Assembly (NCBI GenBank): GCA_002633005.1
Contig: NMRA01000350.1
Span: 131,642-195,641 of the forward strand
DNA length: 64,000 nt
Source of the DNA: Phoronis australis
Lineage: Eukaryota; Animalia; Phoronida
Reading direction: 5' to 3'
Under the pieces are notes generated by a model. It was given only the letters and a program-made list of their open reading frames with translations. It was not told where the DNA came from and did not search any database. Below, one piece after another: positions 49,140 to 61,100 of the stretch. The position numbers and the translations under genes were made by a program. How positions within the stretch are numbered: the stretch's first letter is position 1; each line of letters begins with the position of its first letter.

Positions 49140-52100
49140 CTGTTCATAGATGAGTTTGACATAACAAGTTTGTTTTGATTCACATGGCCTTCCGAACGCA
49201 ACCACAGTTACGAGAATGTAATCAGAAATCGCCAGCAACGATCCAATTAGATACTCGTTATTTGAATTTTGCATGCTAAATAAACTTATTTTTAGCACTT
49301 GAACTTGACTTATATTAACAATTTCTCAACATCAGTAGCTTTGTAACTACATGTATGAAGCAGACGAGTCTAAATGTGACAGAAGTGGAGGCCTACATGA
49401 AAATGACGTAGTGTTCCGATAAAAACTTTAGCAATTAACTTAACCAAGATAATTCGTAAAGTATAAAGATTATTTAAATCCCTATTACCACTACTGTTTT
49501 ACCCTTTAGACCGTCTTTTCCAAGAATACCGCTCTCACCAGGCAAGTCTGGCTCTGCAGCTATACCGGGCTCGCTCTGTGGTACTTGTGGTCCTGTTACA
49601 TTTTTACCTTGCTCACCTTGGGGTCCCGACATGCGGGTTTACTTACTTCCCCCGGTTCACTCTTCTGTCCAACAACTATCTCCTCTTTGCACCTTGTTTT
49701 ACCTGAGGGCCCAGTAAACTAGGTGCGCTGACCTCACCAGGCTCTCCGGCAGGTACACGCTCACCTGGTATACCGGGAATACCGGTGGCGGGTCCTACGT
49801 CGCCTGATCGTCCGTCGAGACCAGGTGACTGTTGTGGCCAAATTGATTTCGTTTAGTAAATTACTTATAGGCTAATTTTATGAAAGCGTATAGGTGCCAC
49901 AACATCCTACAAACGCAACAACACCCTAGAAACTTCACACCACCCCACAATCCCCACAACACCCCCGTAATCTCCCCACAATACCCTCACAAATTCACAA
50001 CTCCCCAGAAGCCACAACAAGTCCCACAGTCCACATCACCACAGAAGAAAGCCACAGTAATTCCGCTGCAGAGGCATGTGTACATGTAGCTCCCTCAAAA
50101 ATGACTAAAGTGGGGTAGGTCAGGTTTGACGGCAGTTTTGTGGACTAGATGAGAAGTGATTGCCACAAATGGTCCAGAAATTTGGCCTTTGTGCTCTTGT
50201 CTATTAAGGTAAGGAAGTGCCGCAATTTTGAGGGCACATCATTATTGAGTCTTAAATTCTTGAAGTGAATCCAGGTACTCTTCAGACAAGTGGAAATTGC
50301 CCAATATGTGTTTGATAATGAAAGATTTTAACCTAAATTTCTGGACTCTAGAGTAAAAAAGCATTCAAATGATGGTCTCCTTTCTTGCTCTGGGGCAGTC
50401 GGAAATTTTATGATTTTAGGTAAAACAAAATCGAACTTTTTAAATCACTTTTGGCACCTCGATTTGTTACGGTGGATTTAGCAAGATAAAAAGACATCGC
50501 TTCGTTGATTTTCGTCTTTTTTGAGGAACATCCTTAAGTGTACTTTCTACCAGCTATGCCTTTTTCAGATGTCCGAGACAACTCTGCAAACAAGGGCTTT
50601 GATTGGCCGAGGCCAGTGGTACATGTAAGGTCAAAATTAGCCACTGTTACTGTGGTCTAAGTCGTGCAGATTTGGTAGTGTTTTGTGTTCTGTAGGATAG
50701 TGTTGTCACAATCTGGGTAAAATGCTAAATGATACGTGTCGGAATGTTGCGTGGGTTCTGTAGGTGTTGTGGCGGCTGGGAGAATTTTTGTAGAGTGGTG
50801 TGGTGTTTGTGGGGTAACGTGTTACCCATACGTTTCCATATAATTCATGTGGCTTAGTAGTTTACTCCCGAAGCTGATTCATAAAGTGAACATTGTGTGC
50901 AGTATTTCAATCCCAAGTGTCACTATTGCTTTTACCTTCTAAACCAGGTTCGCCTGGATTTCCTTTGACACCTTGTTCTCCTTTATGTCCAACACCCGGA
51001 TCTCCTTTCGGTCCTCTTTCACCCCGATTTCCCGGTTTACCCTGCGGACCAAAGTCTCCAGGCAAGCCAGCAGGTCCCGCAGGTCCCTGCTCACCGAGAT
51101 TTCCTTTCTGACCTGGATCTCCACGGTCACCTGGTGCGCCCGTTTCACCTGTAATTCGTTCAAACATACAAGCAATAGCAGGACGGCCCTTCCCCAGCAT
51201 TGTCTCGAACCTGTTAATGTGTAAAAATGCTGTAAATTCACGTTGTCGCCAAGGAGTTGACTTTTGCTAAAGCTACGTACTCAGGGATAATTTTGCGAGC
51301 CCGCCCCGCGTCAATGACGCCCAAAACATTCGCTGACAGTGTAATGATTGCTAAACTTGGACCAACGCATACACATTACGTAATACAGCTATAATGCAAA
51401 ACAGCTTTTAGCGAAAATGCAGGTCTCAACTGTCAATTTATGCACTTAGTTAAGTTGAAATCCAATTATCCGTTCAAATCAGTGGCTAATCACGTAGCAT
51501 ACTGAGGTATTGGACGAAATCTAACATATTAAATGTCACCCATCAAAATCAAACAGAAGAAGGTCCTAGAAATTGGTCCATACGTTTCAGGCCATGTGGC
51601 TCAATCGACTTTGTGGCCACGGTTTTTTATAAATGAGCGCTATAAGATTCGACTTCACTTGTGCTACGCCTTGAAAGATTTTCTATTCCAAACAGTCCTC
51701 AAACCGGTTTGATGAGCAAGTCGCTCCTCGACACCGGGCGTGCGTCAGTTCAGTAAGGCTAGGACCATCGCTAGGACATCACTAAAATATAGCCAAAGTC
51801 ACATGTTCCCTTTTAAAATACTAGGCAATATCTCACGTAATCTCGCGAAGTCTTGCTTTTTAGCGAGAACCTAACGTTTCTGAACGGGAGGCGGGTTTCT
51901 CAAGCGATGCATCACACGAAAGGCGATTCAAAATTACATTTAGTCCAGTGAAAGTTTCATGTAAAAATACACCTTACAGTTCATCACACGTATTTACCCG
52001 GGCGATTTCTAGCTCTTGGCATGAAAGCTAAATGAGTTGAAGGGGTTTTAACTAATAACATGACTCCATGGGGACTACTGAGTCAAGCTATACTAGTTTT

Positions 52101-55100
52101 TTAAGTATAAACATATAGGTCTAATTTGAGGTGTTGCGTAGTTACCAGACACGTAGTAGATTAAAAATGACAACAAAAAATACTGTCACAGTTTAATGGA
52201 TACAAAATACCTGTGTGTAACCATTCTACAAAATGTCTTACCGATTTGGCCCTTTGGGCCTGGCTCCCCGGTCAATCCTACACCATCTTCTCCAGGTTTT
52301 CCTTTCTCGCCGATCGGTCCTCTCGGTCCGGTTGGACCAATTGGTCCCTGTGGTCCCAGTTCACCAGGATCTCCCTTTTCTCCACTTGGTCCTGGCTCAC
52401 TGACACCCGGTATGCCATCTTCTCCAGGGTTTCCCTTTATTCCCACTCCAGGTTTTCCAGCTGGTCCGATCGGACCTCGTTCTCCCTTCTCTCCCTGTGG
52501 TCCTGTGTCACCAACTTTACCAGGAGAACCAGTCTCTCCAACTTCTCCCTTCATGCCTTGTAGTCCAGGTTCGCCGTCATTGCCGTCTGAACCATTTTGC
52601 CCTGGGAAACCTCTTTTTCCCATTGGTCCAATTCTACCTTCGGGACCCCTCTCTCCAGGTAACCCTTGAGGCCCCGTTTCTCCTGGTACACCAGGAAAAC
52701 CACGCTGTCCGTCACTACCTATGTTGAAAAATGTATTGTCAAATATATTGTAGAAGTAAGCGCCATGACAATGACAATGCTAACAATGGCAAAAGGACAT
52801 AAAACGCCTTGAACACTATCTCGCGTCAAATCGGGATACGACGGAAAAGATTCAAAAGCTGCACTAGCGCATATGACAAAGTTGCACGTCTTCGGTCTGT
52901 AAAAAGCTTTTGAGAATTACACAATAGCCTAGACAGCCACTCTAACATTTATGCACCGATACCAGAAGCTTACCCTTTTCTCCAGGTAGTCCAATTCCAT
53001 CCAGCCCTCTCATTCCCTCGTCACCTTTCTTCCCATTAGCACCTGCCAGTCCAGGCGGGCCAGCAACACCGGGTTGTCCTATCGGTCCTTCATCTCCTGG
53101 TTCACCAGGTAGTCCGACACCAGGATCACCTTTGCTGCCTGGTTTACCCGGAAATCCGGGAGCTCCCGTCTGACCTTTCTGACCTTCTCCCGGTAAACCT
53201 TGTGGACCAATGCCCCCTTTCTCACCAGGCACACCTTTACTACCCTCCGGACCCGGATCACCCTTGCGACCCGACTCTCCAGGAAAACCGGACTTTCCTT
53301 TTATACCTGGTGGGCCTGCTTTCCCAGGCTCACCTGGTATACCAACTCCTGGCTCCCCTTTGGCGCCGGTTTTACCGAGAGGTCCCTGAGGCCCTTCTAA
53401 ACCAACACCGTCTTTTCCGGGAGTACCATCGTTACCGGGTACACCACGATCTCCTGCAACTCCTGGCTCTCCTTTTTGTCCCCTTTTACCTGGAACTCCT
53501 ATGCCAGGATCACCCTTTGGTCCAATTTCTCCACGTTTGCCAACAGCACCTTTTTCACCTTGCTCACCGGGTGACCCAGGTACACCGGGAGGTCCAACGT
53601 CACCTGGTGGTCCGACAGGACCACGTTCTCCCGACTCTCCTGGGTAACCCGGAGGTCCAATTTCGCCTGGTTGCCCTTGTTCTCCTCGAGGGCCTTCGAC
53701 ACCCACACCGTCTTTTCCAGGTATGCCGTTCTCGCCAGGCAATCCTTGTTCTCCAGCTATACCGGGATCCCCCTTTGGCCCTTGCTGTCCTGTTACACCT
53801 ATGCCTGGATCACCCTGGGGTCCGGGGATGCCAGGTTTACCTACTTTCCCCGGTTCACCTTTCTGTCCGACGCCGATCTCCCCCTTTTCCCCCTGTATTC
53901 CCGCAGGACCCGGCAAACCAGGTGCTCCGATGTCACCAGAATCTCCGACAGGTCCACGTTCACCTGGTATACCTGGGATACCAGCAGGTCCGATGTCGCC
54001 TCGTCGCCCGTCGAGACCAGGTGACCCTGTAATGTTAATAATCTCCGAGTTGTCAAATTTCCATTCAAGCCACGATGCAAAACAATGCTCGGATTGCATC
54101 TGTATAGTAGGTTTTGAATAGTACCGCCAACACAGTTATTAATCATTAAGCTTTTACTTCTTATATCCAACTTGACTATAGAAACAATATTGAAATTCAA
54201 ACACACAATTCAGACACACCTGGTTCTCCTTGTATACCAATAGGCCCTGGGGCACCCTTTTCGCCCTGGTCTCCCTTGGTTGCTTTCCCAGCAATTCCCG
54301 GAGGACCTGGAGCCCCCGGTTTTCCTACACCGTCCTTTCCTGGAACACCCGGCTCACCGGGTATTCCAATGCCCGGTTCACCTGAAATATAGATAAACAA
54401 CGGTCATCATATAATCTAGGAAACTGTTTCTTGTTGAACGTTTTAAACAACAGTCAAAGTCACACAGTTCAAAGTTGTTAAAGCTAGGCATATTTCAAAC
54501 CACTCTGTCATACATGTAGTTTAGTCATCAACATGGCGCCCACAATAGTAGTCATGGGGAACTCAAGTGGGCATCCTGCATTTGGCCCATGATCAAATGT
54601 CCCTCCCTATGGTTGCCCCTCATTTCTGCACTCTCGTTCCTGGCAATCTAGTGCTTGTTTAATTCCTCGAAAAAGACAAGAGATACCTTGATAGTTTTAC
54701 TTGTATGGTTTTGATGAGTTAACTTTGCGAATGGCACTTCTTCTTTTATTACCTTTAACCTGTACTGGCTCGCAGCGAAAAGGCTGATAAACTTACCGCG
54801 TAGTCCTGGCGGTCCTTGCACGCCATCTCCCGGCGGGCCCTGGTCTCCCTTCTCCCCCTGTTGTCCTATCGCTATCCCTGGTAGTCCGGGAGGACCAGCT
54901 GGTCCAGGCTGTCCAACGCCATCCTTTCCTGGCTCACCTAAAATTAGGTAAAGAAACGTGATATTTATGGAGAGACGTACACCATTCAGGATCTATCCGT
55001 GTGTTTAAGATTCGCCAACCTGCCATAAATCATTCCAGTTCAGCTCCCACATTACAAACATAATTTAAACTTTGGACGTCTGTTCTTCAGCAAAGAGCGT

Positions 55101-58100
55101 GCAAGCTTTTCCCCAACGATTTTCTATCTTGATTTCTAAAAACTGCAGTGTGATATTCTGTATTAAGCAAGAGCAATTAATCCCAAAACTTTTCAATACA
55201 ATTCATACCGTAGACAATTTATCTTCACACTTGCCTATTGAAACTTACCTCTAACACCTTTTTGGCCTGCCCCTGGGTCACCCTTCTCGCCTTTTGACCC
55301 TCGCATAATCACTCTATCGCCCTTTTCACCTTTGGCTCCTGGATCACCTCTTAAAGATTTTCCTGGAATACCAGGCTGTCCCTTTGGTCCAGGCGCTCCA
55401 GCAATGGATTTCCCTGGTTTACCATCTTCTCCTGGAACACCACTCTCCCCAGGTATCCCTGGGTTACCCGGAATTCCCGGTTTGCCGACTTCTCCCTTCT
55501 GACCTATTCACAACACATTTAAAATACAATTTCCGACTACAGTTTTTATAACCCAGTCCTGAAATAGATGGTAATGTACGCAAAAATACAGGAGAAGTCA
55601 GTTCTAAAACAGTGACGAATCTTTCGATGGGTACGTTCATTATCACTATGATTTGTAGCCATGAATAGTATTAATTTTCTGCATAGGAATGATGATTCCT
55701 GAATAGATTTGCTTCGAAGGAATGAACGAAAACTCTGCCATGTGAAAAGAAATTGTCACATGTAAGACCCATGGCACGTTACGCGGCTAGAACATGACCT
55801 TGACCTTTAGAGGAGTAACATGTTTCATAAATCTCACTTTATTTGAGGTAACATGTCACAGATTTCGAAATTCAGCGTGCGTCAATATTCACTGAATCGT
55901 CATCTGTTTTTCATTTACAAAATTAGCAAAAAAGTTGCCTGTGAATCTGTCGAGTTTCTTCTATGCATATACATGTAATTAATAAACTTTGAAGTTAGAA
56001 GAGAACATTAACATTTACATGTTGGATCACCAAATGACAAAACATAAAAGTTCAAGAAATATACATCAGGCATTTATATTGAACTACCGGTGGTTTTAAC
56101 ATCCTTAATTCACAGTAAAAAAAATTGACAATCCCTGAAGGGATGCGCGAAGATACACTGCACAATAATTGACGGGCATCCGGATGAACGCGGGAGACAG
56201 GACACCCCACATAGGTTTGGTCCGTATCCCTAGACATTTTTAGAATTTATTCATCGTGTGTTAACGGGAGTTGTGGTTCATTCCAGTCATAGCAATGTCA
56301 CGGGTTGCAATTTGAGGGCAACTTCATAACGTGTTAAGTGGTCTAAATCAAAAGGTGGGTTTTTTGATGAAAATCGACTTATACATAGCCGCTTAAATAA
56401 TCCAGGAATTGATTCTAAGTACGTAAACAGTTACACAAAAACCTAAATTTTCCCCAAGTTGAGAAAAGAATCCAGTAATAATGTTTGCCAGCAACAGCAG
56501 TCAAGAATATTCGTATCGCCTTCTATTAGAATTTAACTTACCCACGCCAGGTTCACCTGGGATACCTCGGGGACCCAGGCCACCAGGCTTTCCAGGCGCA
56601 CCGGGAGGCCCAACGGCACCTGGCTGACCAGCTGGGCCAATGGGGCCGATAACGCCAGGTTCTCCTTTGATACTTTTCCCAGGGGGACCCTGCTGCCCTG
56701 GCAATCCTTTTTTTCCAGGAGCACCTGGTTCTCCGTTACCACCGGGAATACCTCGAGTGCCAGGAATACCCTGTAAATCGAGTAAAATCAGTGCGCGCGT
56801 AGGTGTAAATGCTTAATAGGCCATAGTCCCAGCTCTCCTATCTTTCACCTCCGTGGTTACTTTCTGGTGGCAACGGGAACTTTGCATTAAATCCATCTAC
56901 AGCCTGTTCATAAGTCAATTTCAAAAAAGTTCCCAAGAATACACTTGTACGTTTAGTAAGAATTTTAATTTAAAAGTTGGAAAAATATAACCTCAACTAA
57001 TGTGTTAGCCACTAGGTGTCAGTGCAAAAGGATCCGAACAGCCAATCAAATGCCAGGAAAATATTGTGTCCATACCTTTCCCCTTCAAAAGTCATCTGCT
57101 TGGCATGAAAACCTTGATCAGAGGACGGTCAGCTGATGTTATCCTGCTGGCTAAGCTACATGTAGCTGGTTTACTGTTAGTGACTACATTGGATAGTATT
57201 AATTCTTGGATAGGTGCGCAAGTACACTGTAATAGGCAAATACCAAGGGCCTGGGCTCAAAAACCAGCAGGCAGCAGTTAGGAAGTGAGGAAAGCCAAAT
57301 CAAGTGGCCACCAGTGTCATCGTACTGAAACAATTCTTGGCACATTGCCGAATCATTTGGTGTTTCGCAAAGAACAGTTTTGGAACAGTTAGGATTCTTC
57401 TGAAACCACGAATTATTGAACAATTGTGCGACTTCACAATGGACTGGCAAGATGTCTGCCCCTTGTTGCATTCATGTGTCAGGTTCTGCTCAAATTTCTT
57501 AGCTGGAATTATCAGATATTACCTGGTCTAGGCTACTGCAAACAACGTATCAACATTGAGTGCAAGAGAAGTATCATTTTTGACAAGTTTTTAAGTTTTT
57601 TTGTGAAAAAACAGAGCTCTTGTCATGCACGCACCCAGGGGTGGGGNCAAAAACTCTAAAAAAGTAGAAAACTAGACAGAAGCTCACTAAAAAGCAGGAA
57701 CTTACAAAATTCGGCGAACGCACAATTCGTAGTTCTGAAGTACCCCGTGAATCTTAATAAATGACCACATTCTCAAAAACTCGAGGAACCCATTTTTAGG
57801 CTTGGTGCACTCATGCTTCTATCACAAGCAGTGTTACAGACACTTAAGGGATGGAACAAAAATTGAAAGAGCTCTTAAAAGAAAAAGACCAAGCTGGAAA
57901 TATTTTTGAGCCCAGTAGAAAATTAAGGAGATTGTCACTGTCAGTTATATGTACATTTAACACTGCTCAAAGAAATATACCATGTATGTCTTGCCACCGA
58001 AATGAACCATTTGCCAAAAATCAAATTTTATCACAGGGGAACTTCACAAACAAAAGAAAAGTTGAAAACCTATCCCAGTTCCAAACATTCAATTGTAAAC

Positions 58101-61100
58101 AGGCCTACCTGTTCTTAATTTGAAAAGGTGTCATTTATGGTAAACAATCTTTAGTTTAGGTCACAGAACAAAAATTATTTTGCTTCATAAATTTGTAGTA
58201 ATAGTCGTCTCAATCTCAAAAGTACTGGCAGTAGTTTTTACCTACATGTGAGTGATCAGCACTGCTTTTCATGAACGTCTAATCCCATTTTGAGACCCTT
58301 TTATGTAAAATCATGAGCAGTGTTTGGAATTTTAGAAATATAAAAATGGAAATATTGCATATGTTCATTTGTCTTTAAAATTCAAATGTTGCAAAGATTT
58401 CAGTATCTCACATTTTGAAGATTTCTTGAATTGGAGGTTTTAGCGAAGAAAAATCTTTACTCTTCCAATTATTTGCTATTTAAAACAGGAAATCAAATGA
58501 AATTTTAGCTCTACAGTAAAGAAGACGCTTTTCAATTTAAACAATAACTATTTGCCAACATGACCATTCCTCTACTTTCAAAGGCTGAACTACTGTATTA
58601 GGATGATAAAAAATGTTTCTACTTTTAAATCGTTTGAAGGCAGATGCACAGTGCAGTCAATGCTAGTAATGATGCTGATTTCTCTTAATGCTTATTTTTG
58701 CTGAGCACTTAGACAAAATGAAATTTCAGTTGTTGGCCATACTGTGTGCTAAAGTGAAGAGCATTTTGGTTATCTATTTCAGCTAAACAGGATTACTGTA
58801 ACAAGGTGTTTAAATGAAACTGTATTCAGGTTATCAAAACTTTTTTTATTTTTGGTAGGGTGTCGACTTGCCCAGATATTTTTTTAACTTTGTCTTTGCC
58901 ATTAAATTTGGGCTCAAAATTTGTTTCCTGGTTAACTCATGGAAGACAATGAACCGTTTGTACATGTATGCATCTGTACGGGGAGTCATCAACAGTTAGC
59001 AAAGCACGCTACCACATATTCAGGTTGAAATCTGTCATCTGCCTCCTCATCATGATGGTTTGCTGTTACATGCTAAAAGAGCAAACTACTAGTGTGCCAT
59101 TCACAAATGAGCCTTGCAACAGCATGTCAGTGCACCAACTCCAGTTGGTAATGGGTGGCCTTTGGAATAGTGAATTTGTTGCAGAAGTGTTGGAAATGTA
59201 TATTGTTAACATGTAGGTTGTGATATCAAGTCTTCATCAAGTTCCATCCAAATGATTAACAGTATTTGTTCTTTTGGCAGATCAGAATATAGTAGTATGT
59301 TTTCTGACCAACAGGAGGCGCTGCTAAAGTTTTTCTTTTTCTTTCTTGAGCAATTTTGCACCTAATATCATAATATAAATCACTTTTCTTGTCCAGTAAC
59401 TTCAAATGAACAAATCCCAATCAAATTTTCATTCAGTTTTTGTCTNTCTAAAAAAGTAGAAAACTAGACAGAAGCTCACTGAAAAGCAGGAACTTACAAA
59501 ATTCGGCCAACGCACAATTCGTAGTTCTGAAGTACCCCGTGAATCTTAATAAATGACCACATTCTCAAAAACTCGAGGAACCCATTTTTAGGCTTGGTGC
59601 ACTCATGCTTCTATCACAAGCAGTGTTACAGACACTTAAGGGATGGAACAAAATTGAAAGAGCTCTTAAAAAGAAAAAGACCAAGCTGAAGATGGAAATA
59701 TTGTTGAGCCCAGTAGAAAATTAAGGAGATTGTCACTGTCAGTTACATGTACATTTAACACTGCTCAAAGAAATATACCATGTATGTCTTGCCACCGAAA
59801 TGAACCATTTGCCAAAAATCAAATTTTATCACAAGGGAACTTCACAAACAAAAGAAAAGTTGAAAACCTATCCCAATTCCAAACATTCAATTGTAAACAG
59901 GCCTACCTGTTCTTAATTTGAAAAGGTGTCATTTATGGTAAACAATCTTTAGTTTAGGTCACAGAACAAAAATTATTTTGCTTCATAAATTTGTTGTAAT
60001 AGTCGTCTCAATCTCAAAAGTACTGGCAGTAGTTTTTACCTACAAGTGAGTGATCATCACTGCTTTTCATGAACGTCTAATCCCATTTTGAGACCCTTTT
60101 ATGTAAAATCATGAGCAGTGTTTGGAATTTTAGAAAATTTCTAAAAATGGAAATATTGCATATGTTCTCTAATTCATTTGTCTTTAAAATTCAAATGTTG
60201 CAAAGATTTCAGTATCTCACATTTTGAAGATTTCTTGAATTGGAGGTTTTAACGAAGAAAAATCTTTACTCTTCCAATTATGTGCTATTTAAAACAGGAA
60301 ATCAAATGAAATTTTAGCTCTACAGCAAAGAAGACGCTTTTCAATTTAAACAATAACTATTTGCCAACATGACCATTCCTCTACTTTCAAAGGCTGAACT
60401 ACTGTATTAGGATGATAAAAATGTTTCTACTTTTAAATCGTTTGAAGGCAGATGCACAGTGCAGTCAATGCTAGTAATGATGCTGATTTCTCTTAATGCT
60501 AGTTTTTGCTGAGCACTTAGACAAAATGAAATTTCAGTTGTTGGCCATACTGTGTGCTAAAGTGAAGAGCATTTTGGTTATCTATTTCAGCTAAACAGGA
60601 TTACTGTAACAAGGTGTTTAAATGAAACTGTATTCAGGTTGTCAAAACTTTTCTTATTTTTGGTAGGGTGTCGGCTTGCATAGATATTTTTTTAACTTTG
60701 TCTTTGCCATTAAATTTGGGCTCAAAATTTGTTTCCTGGTTAACTCATGGAAGACAATGAACCGTTTGTATGCATCTGTACGGGGAGTCATCAACAGTTA
60801 GCAAAGCACGCTACCACATATTCAGGTTGAAATCTGTGATCTGCCTCCTCATCATGATGGTTTGCTGTTACATGCTAAAAGAGCAAACTACTAGTGTGCC
60901 ATTCACAAATGAGCCTTGCAACAGCATGTCAGTGCACCATCTCCAGTTGGTAATGGGTGGCCTTTGGAATAGTGAATTTGTTGCAGAAGTGTTGAAAATG
61001 TATATTGTTAACATGTAGGTTGTGATATCAAGTCTTCATCAAGTTCCATCCAAATGATTAACAGTATTTGTTCTTTTGGCAAATCAGAATATAGTAGTAT

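Noticed and set aside
50893-54121. Long Pro/Gly-rich + strand ORFs (50893-51111, 52196-52669, 53202-54032, 53723-54121)
   Set aside because: Antisense shadows of the minus-strand Gly-X-Y exons.
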